Assembly (NCBI GenBank): GCA_963728915.1
Contig: CAVSLV010000004.1
Location: 224,001-288,000, forward strand
Length of the DNA stretch: 64,000 nucleotides
Direction of reading: 5' to 3'
Source: an uncultured Gemmatimonadales bacterium
GTDB lineage: Bacteria; Gemmatimonadota; Gemmatimonadetes; Gemmatimonadales; GWC2-71-9
Below are positions 29,995-41,202 of the stretch, one piece after another; position 1 is the first letter of the stretch; each line of letters begins with the position of its first letter. A program made the translations under genes and the position numbers. Under the pieces are notes generated by a model. That model did not search any database. It was not told the origin of the DNA and saw nothing but the letters and a program-made list of their open reading frames with translations.

Positions 29995-30422
29995 ATCCAC
30001 GGCGCATGGCGGTGGCCCTGCTATCCTTGGCGGGGCTCTTCGTCGCGTTGTATCTGCATCTCTTCAAGGCCGGTCTGATCGGGTCTCTGGCGTGCGGCAC
30101 CGGAGGGTGTGAAACGGTTCAGCTTTCGCCGCAGAGCCGTTTCCTCGGGGTGGAGGTCGCGTTCATCGGCGTCCTGGGCTATGTCGTCCTGCTCGGGCTG
30201 GCGCTCCTGTCGCTGCAACCCCGATTCGCCGGGGCGGGGTGGCCCAGCCGGCTGCTGTTGTGGCTGTCGGGGATTGCCGTTCTGTTCACGGCCTACCTCA
30301 CCTACCTCGAGCTTTTTGTCATCGGGGCGATCTGCCGCTATTGTGTCGGCTCGGCCGTGATCATTCTCCTGATCTTCCTGATCTCGCTGGCCGACCTGCG
30401 CCGCGTCCGCCGGATCGCATGA
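29991..30422 (+). CDS. vitamin K epoxide reductase family protein
   Basis: CGTGGCETVQLS loop cysteines and C-terminal CRYC. Confidence 0.92.
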   Translation: MNPRRMAVALLSLAGLFVALYLHLFKAGLIGSLACGTGGCETVQLSPQSRFLGVEVAFIGVLGYVVLLGLALLSLQPRFAGAGWPSRLLLWLSGIAVLFTAYLTYLELFVIGAICRYCVGSAVIILLIFLISLADLRRVRRIA

Positions 30423-32359
30423 CCGCTCCGGGCCCGGAGGGCGCCCAGCGAGTCGAACCGCCGCCCCGCAGTTCCCTGGCGGCCCTCTGCGTGACCGCCC
30501 TCGGGGTGGTTTTCGGTGACATCGGCACCAGCCCGCTCTATGCCATCAAGGAGTGCTTCCTTCCGGGGCACCACCTCGCCCTCACCGAAGCCAATGTCCT
30601 CGGGGTCCTGTCGCTGATCTTCTGGTCGCTCACCTTCGTCATCTCCTTCAAATACGTCACGGTGCTGCTGCTGGCCGACAACCGGGGCGAAGGAGGGATT
30701 CTCGCCCTGCTCGCCTTGGTGCGTCCGGCCGGAGAGCCGACCGGCACCCGCCGCCTGCTGGTGCTGCTGGGTCTGTTCGGGGCGGCGCTCCTCTATGGGG
30801 ACGGCGTCATCACGCCGGCGATCTCGATTCTGGGAGCGCTGGAGGGCATCAGCGTCGCGACGCCGGCCCTCGAGAAGGTCATCGTGCCGGTTGCGGTGCT
30901 GATTCTGATCCTGCTGTTCTCGTTCCAGAAGCGCGGGACCGCAGGGGTCGGGAAGGTGTTCGGCCCGATCGTGATGGTCTGGTTCGGAATGATCGCGGTG
31001 TTCGGGGTCCTCGGGATCGCGAAGGCTCCCGCCGTGCTCGCGGCGATCAATCCCTGGCACGCGGTGGATTTCTTCGTGCGGGACCGGCTGGTGGGGTTCC
31101 TGATTCTGGGCGCCGTGGTCCTGGTGTTTACCGGAGGCGAAGCGCTGTACGCCGACATGGGGCATCTGGGTCCCCGGCCGATCCGGCTGATGTGGTTCCT
31201 GGTGGCCATGCCCTGCCTGCTGCTCAACTATTTCGGGCAGGGAGCGCTGTTGCTGGCCGATCCGTCGGTGGTGGATAACCCCTTCTACCGGCTCATGCCG
31301 GAATCATTTCTCTATCCGGCGGTCATCATCTCCCTCGCCGCCGCGGTGGTCGCGAGCCAGGCGTTGATCAGCGGGGCGTTCTCCCTCACCCGTCAGGCGG
31401 TGCAGCTCGGGTATTCGCCCCGGGTCACGGTGGTCCACACGTCGCATCACGAGGCCGGGCAGATCTACGTGCCGGAAGTGAATCAGATCCTGATGGTGGC
31501 GTGTATCGCTCTGGTGGTGGGCTTCCGGAATACCAGCGGACTGGCGGGAGCCTACGGGATCGCGGTGACCGGAACCATGTCGATCACGACGATCCTGTTC
31601 GCGCGGGCGGCCCGGACCCGGCTGGGCTGGGGGCTCGAGAAAATCATCCCGCTGGTGGTGCTGTTTCTGATCGTGGACCTGTCCTTCTTCGCGGCGAATC
31701 TCGTCAAGATTCCTTCGGGGGGCTGGTTCCCCATCCTGCTCGCCCTGTCGGTGTTCGCGTTGATGACCACCTGGAAGCGGGGCCGGCACATCATCACCAC
31801 CATGATGCGGGAGAATTCGCTGCCGCTCGAGCTCTTCATGCGCGATCTCGAGCGACGGGCCCTTCCCCGGGTCCCGGGGACGGCGGTGTTCATGACGTCG
31901 GATGCCACCATCGCCCCGCCGGTGCTGCTCCATCACCTCAAGCACAACAAGGTGCTGCACGAGCGGGTCTTCCTGATGTCGGTGGTAACCCGCGAGGTGC
32001 CCTATGTGCCCCAGACCGAGCGGATCACCCTCGAATCCCTGGGCCAGGGCTTCTACGTGCTGGTGGCGGCCTACGGGTTCATGGAATCACCCAACGTCCC
32101 GAAGATCCTCGCGAGTCTGGAACCGCTCGGGCTCGAGGTCAAGCTGATGGAGACGACGTTCTACCTGGGCCGGGAAACCCTCATTCCGACCCGGACCAGC
32201 CGGGCCCGGCGGGCCGCGCTGCTGGCCAAGGGGCTCTGGATGTCCCTCTGGCGCAAGAAACTGTTCCTGGTGATGACCAACAATGCCCGCTCCGCGACGG
32301 CCTTCTTCCATCTGCCCGCGAATCGGGTGGTCGAGCTCGGGGCGCAAGTGCAGATCTAG
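30419..32359 (+). CDS. kup: potassium uptake transporter Kup
   Basis: GVVFGDIGTSPLY, DNRGEGG, GGEALYADMGH, GQIYVP. Confidence 0.96.
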   Translation: MTAPGPEGAQRVEPPPRSSLAALCVTALGVVFGDIGTSPLYAIKECFLPGHHLALTEANVLGVLSLIFWSLTFVISFKYVTVLLLADNRGEGGILALLALVRPAGEPTGTRRLLVLLGLFGAALLYGDGVITPAISILGALEGISVATPALEKVIVPVAVLILILLFSFQKRGTAGVGKVFGPIVMVWFGMIAVFGVLGIAKAPAVLAAINPWHAVDFFVRDRLVGFLILGAVVLVFTGGEALYADMGHLGPRPIRLMWFLVAMPCLLLNYFGQGALLLADPSVVDNPFYRLMPESFLYPAVIISLAAAVVASQALISGAFSLTRQAVQLGYSPRVTVVHTSHHEAGQIYVPEVNQILMVACIALVVGFRNTSGLAGAYGIAVTGTMSITTILFARAARTRLGWGLEKIIPLVVLFLIVDLSFFAANLVKIPSGGWFPILLALSVFALMTTWKRGRHIITTMMRENSLPLELFMRDLERRALPRVPGTAVFMTSDATIAPPVLLHHLKHNKVLHERVFLMSVVTREVPYVPQTERITLESLGQGFYVLVAAYGFMESPNVPKILASLEPLGLEVKLMETTFYLGRETLIPTRTSRARRAALLAKGLWMSLWRKKLFLVMTNNARSATAFFHLPANRVVELGAQVQI

Positions 32360-32366
32360 CCGGTCC

Positions 32367-34322
<1,956 letters not shown>

Positions 34323-34328
34323 TGAGTA

Positions 34329-34373
34329 GGGGATATGGGGATAGGGGATAGGGAATAGGGAATAGGGGAATAG
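34329..34373. repeat. heptamer tandem repeat GGG(G/A)ATA, about six copies
   Basis: ggggatat ggggata ggggata gggaata gggaata ggggaata. Confidence 0.9.
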
Positions 34374-34541
34374 TGTACCGCAAATCGATTCAGGCAAGGG
34401 CGAATCGTTGCGCTTGCAGATCCCCACGAGGTAGTGCGGAGTGCGGTGTCACCAGGGGGAGACCCCTGTTTCGGTCCGCGATAAGTCCCGCTGCCCCCGA
34501 GAGTTGATCCAGGTGGCACCGGACTCGCCTTTCCCACGTCC

Positions 34542-34841
34542 ATGGCAGTCATTCGTGACCTCGATCGTTCGATTACTGCACCCGCCGAGCTCGGGTTGCA
34601 GACGCGGACTCCATTCCGGGAGGCTGCGTTTCACGAGCTCGAGGAGCTGACCGATGGCGGGACCCTTCGTCTCGACCTGGCCCCGACGCGACGGGTGGAC
34701 TCAGCCGGGCTTTCCGCGCTTTGGCTGATCCATCGGCGTGCAGCCGAGCGCATGCAGCGGGTGGTGCTGTGCAATGCCCGGGAAGAGCTGAAATACCTCC
34801 TCACTCTGACCGGCCTGTCGGAGCTCTTCGAACAGAACTGA
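34542..34841 (+). CDS. STAS domain protein (anti-sigma antagonist-like)
   Basis: LDLAPTRRVDSAGLSAL...LTLTGLSELF. Confidence 0.85.
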   Translation: MAVIRDLDRSITAPAELGLQTRTPFREAAFHELEELTDGGTLRLDLAPTRRVDSAGLSALWLIHRRAAERMQRVVLCNAREELKYLLTLTGLSELFEQN

Positions 34842-34878
34842 AGGTCGTGGGCCGCTCGGTGGTCGTATATTGGGCCAC

Positions 34879-35595
34879 GTGACGGCCCCGGCTGTATCTC
34901 CCCTGCTCGAAGGTCGTAATCTCGAACGCCGCTTCGGCGCCTCCCGGGCGCTGCGAGGGGTCTCGCTCACCGCTTTCGGCGGTGAGTGCCACCTCGTCGT
35001 GGGCCCCAATGGGGCCGGCAAGACCACCCTCCTCCGAATGTTCGCGGGGCTGGCCCGGCCAAGCGCCGGGGTGGTTCTGATCGACGGATCTCCGATGACC
35101 CGGGAGCCGTCGTCTCGCCGCACTCTCGGACTGCTTTCGCATCAAAGCCACCTGTACGATGAGCTCACCACCCTCGAGAACCTGACCTTCCTCGCGCGGC
35201 TCCATGGTCTCGCCAAGCCGGCGGAAGCCGCCCTGCGGGGACTGGAATCCGTGGGGCTGGCGAGCCGGGCGGGCGCGGTGGTCCGCAGTCTGTCGCGGGG
35301 AATGGTGCAGCGGGTTGCCATCGCGGGCGCGTTGCTGCACGGGCCCCGTGTGCTGCTGCTGGATGAGCCATTCACGGGGCTCGATCCCAGCTCATCGAGC
35401 CAGGTCGCCGCCCTCCTCGCGGCGGAGCGGCAGCGGGGCAGCGCCCTGATCCTGGTGACCCACGACGTGCACGAGTCCTGGGAGCTGGCGACCCACGTCC
35501 ACCTTCTGGTCGGTGGTCTCTGGGCATCCAGTGGGCCACGGCAGGAGACCCTGGACGGTTTTCTGCGCCGGTACCGGGAGGTCGTGCATGGGTGA
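34879..35595 (+). CDS. ccmA: heme ABC exporter ATP-binding protein
   Basis: GPNGAGKTT, LSRG, LDEPF; followed by ccmB/ccmC. Confidence 0.88.
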   Translation: MTAPAVSPLLEGRNLERRFGASRALRGVSLTAFGGECHLVVGPNGAGKTTLLRMFAGLARPSAGVVLIDGSPMTREPSSRRTLGLLSHQSHLYDELTTLENLTFLARLHGLAKPAEAALRGLESVGLASRAGAVVRSLSRGMVQRVAIAGALLHGPRVLLLDEPFTGLDPSSSSQVAALLAAERQRGSALILVTHDVHESWELATHVHLLVGGLWASSGPRQETLDGFLRRYREVVHG

Positions 35596-36268
35596 GTTTC
35601 TCCGGGTCACCCTCACGGTGGCCGGCAAGGACCTTCGAGTCGAGCACCGGAGCAAGACCGCGCTGGTCTCGGCGATCGGGTTTGCCGTGCTGGTACTGGT
35701 GATTTTCAACTTCGCGCGGGACGCGGCGGTGCTTTCCCGAGAGGTCCTCGCGCCGAGCGCGCTGTGGATCACCTTCGCGTTCTCGGGGGTCATCGCCCTC
35801 AACCGCTCCTTCACCCTGGAGCGGGAGAATGCCGCCCTGGACGGGCTCCTGCTCGCACCGGTCTCCCGGGCCGCGCTGTTCCTCGGCAAGTACCTGGCGA
35901 ATCTGGCGTTCGTGTTCACCATCGAAGCAGTCGCGCTGCCCCTGTTCGTGATATTCTTCGGGCTCGACGTTTCCGGCGCGCTGGGCGGGCTGGTGCTGAC
36001 CATTTTCGTCGCGACCATCGGCTTCGTCGCGGCGGGGACCATGTTCGCGGCCATGACGGTCCGGACCCGGTTTGCCGAGCTGATGATGCCGCTCCTGCTG
36101 CTGCCGTTCCTGCTGCCCCCCGTGATCGGGGCGGTCCAGGCCACCTCCCGGCTTCTGGCGGGACGGCCGATGAGTGAAGTGGCCGGGTGGCTCAGGATTC
36201 TCGGCTTCTATGACCTGGTGTTCGTCACCGCGTGCCTCCTGCTGTTTCCCTCGCTGATGGAGGAGTAG
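35588..36268 (+). CDS. ccmB: heme exporter protein B
   Basis: KDLRVEHRSK, ERENAALDGLLLAP, LLLPFLLP. Confidence 0.9.
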   Translation: MGEFLRVTLTVAGKDLRVEHRSKTALVSAIGFAVLVLVIFNFARDAAVLSREVLAPSALWITFAFSGVIALNRSFTLERENAALDGLLLAPVSRAALFLGKYLANLAFVFTIEAVALPLFVIFFGLDVSGALGGLVLTIFVATIGFVAAGTMFAAMTVRTRFAELMMPLLLLPFLLPPVIGAVQATSRLLAGRPMSEVAGWLRILGFYDLVFVTACLLLFPSLMEE

Positions 36269-36273
36269 CCAGA

Positions 36274-36951
36274 GTGGCTAGAGTGGCTGGAGTGGGGCGA
36301 GTCCTCATGGCCGTGGGGCTGAGTGGCCTGGCGCTGGTCTACGTGCTCGCGATCCGCTTTACGCCGATCGAACGGTTTCAGGGCCTGCCGCAGAAGATCT
36401 TCTACGTGCACGTTCCGGCGGCGTGGTGTGCCCTGCTTTCGTTTTCGATGGTGGGCATCGCGAGCATGCTCTATCTGTGGCTCCGGGACCCCCGGCTGGA
36501 CCTCTTCGCGGAATCCGCCGCCGAAGCGGGCCTGGTGTTCAGCGTGGTCATGCTGACCACCGGGCCGCTCTGGGGGAAACCGGTCTGGAACACCTGGTGG
36601 ACCTGGGATGCTCGGCTCACCTTCACCCTGATCCTGTTCTTCCTCTTCCTCGGGTATCGGGCGTTGCGGGGCGCGGTGCAGGATCCCGGGGAGCGGGCCC
36701 GGTTCAGTGCGGTGCTCGGCATCATGGGACTCATCCTGGTGCCGTTCGTGCATCTCACGGTGTATCTGTTCCGGACCCTGCACCCGCAGCCGATCGTGCT
36801 CAAGCCGAGCGCGCCATCGTTGCCCTGGTCGATGCTGCGGACCTTGCTCGCTTCCCTGGTGTGCTACACGATCCTGCTCACCGGGTTCATCACCACGCGG
36901 TACGGCATTGCCCGGCGGACCTCGCTGGCGGGAGACCCTCATGGCCATTGA
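36274..36951 (+). CDS. ccmC: heme exporter protein C
   Basis: YVHVPAAW and WWD domain WGKPVWNTWWTWDARLT; RTLHP. Confidence 0.92.
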   Translation: MARVAGVGRVLMAVGLSGLALVYVLAIRFTPIERFQGLPQKIFYVHVPAAWCALLSFSMVGIASMLYLWLRDPRLDLFAESAAEAGLVFSVVMLTTGPLWGKPVWNTWWTWDARLTFTLILFFLFLGYRALRGAVQDPGERARFSAVLGIMGLILVPFVHLTVYLFRTLHPQPIVLKPSAPSLPWSMLRTLLASLVCYTILLTGFITTRYGIARRTSLAGDPHGH

Positions 36952-37066
36952 TCCCCACGCCAACGCCGGATATGTGATCGCCGCCTACTGCATCACCGCG
37001 CTGGTCCTGGGGGGCTATGCGCTGCGATTGTGGTTGCGAGCGAAGGGGACAGGGGACAGGGGATAG
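36941..37066 (+). CDS. ccmD: heme exporter protein D (41 aa)
   Basis: MAIDPHANAGYVIAAYCITALVLGGYALRLWLR directly after ccmC; GGAG SD. Confidence 0.75.
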   Translation: MAIDPHANAGYVIAAYCITALVLGGYALRLWLRAKGTGDRG

Positions 37067-37111
37067 GGCTTCACCCGGAGCGACTCGTCGCTCTTCCCGA
37101 TTCCCTGCTCC

Positions 37112-38350
37112 CTAGGTTGTTCGAAACACCAGGGCCGCGTTGATCCCTCCGAAGCCGAACGAATTGCTCATCAGGTATTCCGGCTGGCCGGCGGCGCCGT
37201 CGCCCCGGACATAGTCCAGCTCGCAGGCGGGATCGGGCTCCTCGAGATTGACGCTGGGGGGAAGCCAGGCCCGGGCGCTGGCCAGGGCGCAGATGGCGGC
37301 CTCGATGGCACCGCTCGCGCCCAGGGCATGGCCGTAGTACCCCTTGGTGCCGCTCACCCTAACCCGCTCGACGTGCCGGCCCAGGACGGTGCGGATCGCC
37401 TGGGCCTCGGTCGGGTCGTTCAACGGAGTGGACGATCCGTGGGCATTGACGTAGCCCACCGCTTCGGGTGCGACGCCGGCGGAGCTCAGCGCGCCACGCA
37501 TGGCGCGGGAGGCCTGCCGGCCATCCGGGCGGGGCGCGGTCATGTGGTGGGCGTCGTTGGTGAGACCGTAGCCCACCAGCTCCGCGTAGATCGGGGCGCC
37601 CCGGGCCCGGGCCCGATCCCGCTCCTCCAGCACCAGGACGGTGGCGCCTTCCGCCATCACGAAGCCGTCCCGGTTGCGATCGAACGGACGGCTCGCGGTC
37701 CCGGGATCGTCGTTGCGGGTGGACATGGCCCGGATGATGGCGAAGGCGCCATAGCTCAGGGGGGAGAGCGGCGCCTCGGCGCCCCCCGCGAGCATGAGGT
37801 CCGCGTCCCCCCGCTGCACCGCGCGAAAGGCCTCGCCGATCGCGATCGCCCCGGAGGCGCAGCTCATCCCATTGGTGATGTTCGGGCCGGAGATGCCCAG
37901 CTCGATGGCGAGATTGCAGCTCGACGCGCCCACGAAGACGGTGAGGGCGAGGCCGGGCTCCACCGCCCGCAATCCCTCCCGCAGATACTTCTCATGCTCC
38001 TGCTCCGCAAAGCTCACTCCGCCCAGCGCGGTTCCCATCATGGCGCCGACCCGGTCGGTATCTTCGCGGTTCAGCTCGATGCCCGCGTCGTCCAGGGCGA
38101 GCCGGGCCGCGGCAAGCGAGAACAGCGAACAACGATCGAGGCGCCTGGCCCGGCGCGGCTCGATCCAGCGGGTGGGATCGAAGTCGTCGACTTGAGCGGC
38201 CACCCGGCTCCGGAACGGGCTGGGATCAAACCGGGTCAGCCGGCGGACCGCGGATCGGGCGGCGCGGAGTCCGCTCCAGAAGGCCTCCTTACCGATCCCG
38301 ATCGGAGTCACCGGACCGATCCCGGTGATGACGACGCGTCGTTCAGGCAT
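37112..38350 (-). CDS. beta-ketoacyl synthase (FabF/KS-alpha-like)
   Basis: Cys-His-His triad: MSCASG, NAHGSST, GHALGASG; NSFGFGG. Confidence 0.92.
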   Translation of the reverse strand: MPERRVVITGIGPVTPIGIGKEAFWSGLRAARSAVRRLTRFDPSPFRSRVAAQVDDFDPTRWIEPRRARRLDRCSLFSLAAARLALDDAGIELNREDTDRVGAMMGTALGGVSFAEQEHEKYLREGLRAVEPGLALTVFVGASSCNLAIELGISGPNITNGMSCASGAIAIGEAFRAVQRGDADLMLAGGAEAPLSPLSYGAFAIIRAMSTRNDDPGTASRPFDRNRDGFVMAEGATVLVLEERDRARARGAPIYAELVGYGLTNDAHHMTAPRPDGRQASRAMRGALSSAGVAPEAVGYVNAHGSSTPLNDPTEAQAIRTVLGRHVERVRVSGTKGYYGHALGASGAIEAAICALASARAWLPPSVNLEEPDPACELDYVRGDGAAGQPEYLMSNSFGFGGINAALVFRTT

Positions 38351-38810
38351 GAGCTTCCCCTTCGGCGGCTCGGCCGATCCCGGCGAGGGTCCGCGACGCG
38401 ATCCCCCGCACGAACACGGGTCCGATGACCAGCTCCGCCGCTGGTCGGCTGATCAACGGCCAGCCGGGGCCGTCCCAGGCATGAACGATCGTGGCTCGAC
38501 TGCCGCTCCCTTCGGAAACCACGGTCCACAGCACGTCCATTCCGCAGGTGACTCCCTTCACGTGCCGGTAGCGGACCTCGCAGCGGGGGGCATCGACCCA
38601 CATTTCCGACTGCCACCAGGTTGGCCAGCGAAACAGCCCGAAGGGGCGCCACGCCGCCATCTCGACCAGTCCGCTCCCATCCGGTCGCTGCTTCTGAAGC
38701 TTGACCCAGCGATAGTGGGAGAGGATCTCCGGCCAGCGTTCGACCTCGGCGGCGTATCGGAACACGGCCTCAGGTGAGGCGGCGATGTGAAGGGTATCGA
38801 CGGTGCGCAT
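38343..38810 (-). CDS. SRPBCC/START polyketide cyclase-like protein
   Basis: IAASPEAVFRYAAEVERWPEILSHY; GMDVLW. Confidence 0.85.
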   Translation of the reverse strand: MRTVDTLHIAASPEAVFRYAAEVERWPEILSHYRWVKLQKQRPDGSGLVEMAAWRPFGLFRWPTWWQSEMWVDAPRCEVRYRHVKGVTCGMDVLWTVVSEGSGSRATIVHAWDGPGWPLISRPAAELVIGPVFVRGIASRTLAGIGRAAEGEAHA

Positions 38811-38813
38811 GGA

Positions 38814-39509
38814 TCAGCGCGGCGCCAGTTTCGCCACGGCGACCAGGCGCGCGCCGGGTCTCCGCACCACCCGGGCCGGGAGTTCGGCTCGGTGGAGCAA
38901 CCGGGAAAGGCTGGCGGTGGAGAAGCCCCGACGCAGAGAAGTGACTCCGTCGCGAATCGTGTCGCGATCGAATCGCAGGGTCCAGCCCGCGAGTGGATAG
39001 CCCCAGCGGGCCAGCACCGAATTCCGCAGGTCGGACACGATCACCGCGCGTCGAGCCACCCGGGCACATTCCCGAAAGAGCCGGATCGTCGCGGCCGGGG
39101 CAAAATGGTGCGCCACCTGGCTGAGCAGCACATAATCGACACTGCGGTCCCCCAGGGGGAGCACTCCTCCGTCGGCGACGATGCTGGCGAGTCCATTTTC
39201 GCGGGCGAGCCCGGCGGCGCTGCGGTTGTATTCGATCCCGATCGGGCGCAGGATGATGCCCCGGCGCCGGGCCCAGGACGCCGCCATGCGAGGGAGGTCG
39301 CCGGCTCCGGTCCCGACATCGAGGATCGAGAACGGTCCCGATTCCGCCGCGGGCAGCGCTCTTCGCAGCCCGTAGCGAATGGCGGCGGCGCCACCCAGCC
39401 AGCGGTTCGCGCGGGCGATATTGCCGAGGGACTCTCGAACCATCGGCGCGGGGGCAAACCGGTCGTCGAGCAATTCCACCCCGGTCGGCGCGACTTCCAG
39501 AACGCTCAT
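38814..39509 (-). CDS. class I SAM-dependent methyltransferase
   Basis: ELLDD N-terminus, LDVGTGAGD, SQVAHHF, DGVTSLRRGF. Confidence 0.9.
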   Translation of the reverse strand: MSVLEVAPTGVELLDDRFAPAPMVRESLGNIARANRWLGGAAAIRYGLRRALPAAESGPFSILDVGTGAGDLPRMAASWARRRGIILRPIGIEYNRSAAGLARENGLASIVADGGVLPLGDRSVDYVLLSQVAHHFAPAATIRLFRECARVARRAVIVSDLRNSVLARWGYPLAGWTLRFDRDTIRDGVTSLRRGFSTASLSRLLHRAELPARVVRRPGARLVAVAKLAPR

Positions 39510-39997
39510 ATTCCGCCCGCAGTCAGGTAGCCGCCGCGGTAGTACAGCAGCGGCTTGCCTCCCGGCTGGACGCTGCCCCCGACGACCCGTCCCACGAAGA
39601 TGGTGTGATCCCCCGCTTCGAGACGCGCCTGCGGCACGCAGTGGATCCTCGCCATGGCTCCATCCAGCAGGACGAACCCCCGTTCGTCCAGCCGGTAGCC
39701 GACGCCGTCGAACCGTTTGGGGAGATTGGAAGCGAAACGCCGGGAGAGCGTTTCCTGGTGGCTTTCCAGAATGTTGAAGACGTAGCCTTCCGATTTGTCC
39801 ATCACGGGATAGAAGTCGGCGAGATGATCCACGTTGACCGATACCAGCGGGGGATCGAGCGATACCGAGGCGAAGCTGTTCGCGGTCATCCCCGCCGGGG
39901 TCCCATCCGGCCCGGTCGCGGTAACGATCACCACGCCGGTGGCAAAGTGCCCGCAGAGCTGACGGAACTGGGCAGAATCGACGTCACGATAGGACAT
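39506..39997 (-). CDS. flavin reductase family protein
   Basis: FATGVVIVT, GMTANSFASVSLDPPLV, GDHTIFVG. Confidence 0.92.
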   Translation of the reverse strand: MSYRDVDSAQFRQLCGHFATGVVIVTATGPDGTPAGMTANSFASVSLDPPLVSVNVDHLADFYPVMDKSEGYVFNILESHQETLSRRFASNLPKRFDGVGYRLDERGFVLLDGAMARIHCVPQARLEAGDHTIFVGRVVGGSVQPGGKPLLYYRGGYLTAGGI

Positions 39998-41202
39998 CAG
40001 AGGACCACCTGGGCGAGAAATCGCGGGTTCAGGACGGCACGGGCCGGGAGATAGTCTCCCGTGACACCGATCAGGGTGTGGCTCAGCCCCCGCCGATCGA
40101 GGCGCTCGACGGCGCGATCGAACAGCCGGGGAGCCAGCATGGCGTGGCCAATGAGTCGCTCGACGATCCATTTCCCGAGGAAGGCGTGGCGCCGCGCGGC
40201 CCGGTAGGCAGCCAGCACCCCCCGGTCGAGCGGGGCCCGAGCCAGGAGCGGCTGGAGCAGGGTCTCCTCGACCAGCTCGGCGCCGCGGAACGCCGCGCCC
40301 ATTCCTTCGCCGGTGAACGGGTCGAAGAAGTCGGCGGCATCCCCGAGGAGGAGCGCGCCCGGCGCGGTCACCGGGCTGGTCCAGGAGGCGAACGGGCCGG
40401 TCGCCATAACCCGCCGGACCAGGCGGGACGGAATCCGTCCCCGGACTCCGGGGAATCGTTCCAGCTCCTGGAAGAAGAACTGATGGAGGTCCCCTTCCAG
40501 CGTGCTCATGCGTCGGCGCGGGAGCACCACCGCGACGTTGGCGACTCCGCCTCCCAGCGGATTCAGTCCGACATAGCCGTCCGGTCCGACGTGCAGCTCG
40601 GCGGTCTCGTCGAGACCGGCGACCCCAGCCACGTGGCCGGCCAGGGCGTAGCGGCGCAGAAATCCGGTGCGACGACGACCGATCGTCCGGGCCATGATCG
40701 AATGGAGGCCATCGGCGCCGACCACCAGGCGCGCGGCGATCCGGCGAAGCTCTCCGCGCTCGCGCACCACGAGCCCCGAGATCCGGCCATCGGTGCGAAC
40801 GACGTCCACCACCGGGCATCGCTCCCGAACCAGGGCGCCAGCTTCCCGCGCCGCGCAGACCAGGGCGTGATCGAGGATCCGCCGGGGAACCGAGAGGCCG
40901 GTCGGGCGGAAGGGACGGCCGGCCCGTGCGAAAAGACCGGTGAGGGAAGCCCCGAACGGCGCGGACACGGAAGTTCCGCGGATGCGAAGGCCGCCTGACC
41001 GCTCGACTCGCTCCAGCACCCCGAGCGACGCGAGGTGCCGGACACCTTCGGGGCTCATGAACTCCGAGCAGGTTTTCTCTCTTGGGAACACCGCGCGATC
41101 GCAGGCCACGACCCGAAGTCCCGCGCGGGCCAATCGAATCGCGAGCGCGGCGCCGGCCGGCCCGGCTCCCGCGATGGCGACATCGAACGTGGACTCGCTC
41201 AT
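39997..41202 (-). CDS. FAD-dependent oxidoreductase (geranylgeranyl reductase/monooxygenase-like)
   Basis: GAGPAG, FPREKTCSE, GADG, GDAADFFDPFTGEG. Confidence 0.88.
   Translation of the reverse strand: MSESTFDVAIAGAGPAGAALAIRLARAGLRVVACDRAVFPREKTCSEFMSPEGVRHLASLGVLERVERSGGLRIRGTSVSAPFGASLTGLFARAGRPFRPTGLSVPRRILDHALVCAAREAGALVRERCPVVDVVRTDGRISGLVVRERGELRRIAARLVVGADGLHSIMARTIGRRRTGFLRRYALAGHVAGVAGLDETAELHVGPDGYVGLNPLGGGVANVAVVLPRRRMSTLEGDLHQFFFQELERFPGVRGRIPSRLVRRVMATGPFASWTSPVTAPGALLLGDAADFFDPFTGEGMGAAFRGAELVEETLLQPLLARAPLDRGVLAAYRAARRHAFLGKWIVERLIGHAMLAPRLFDRAVERLDRRGLSHTLIGVTGDYLPARAVLNPRFLAQVVL

Noticed and set aside
29287..30422. DsbA-VKOR pair and partial ccm operon as novel systems
   Set aside because: Both are well-described arrangements; the remaining ccm genes are probably elsewhere in the genome.
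34490..34525. Partial resemblance of the STAS leader to TPP or cobalamin riboswitches
   Set aside because: Lacks the CTGAGA and AGGGA elements of TPP and the GGGAA/B12-box elements of cobalamin switches.
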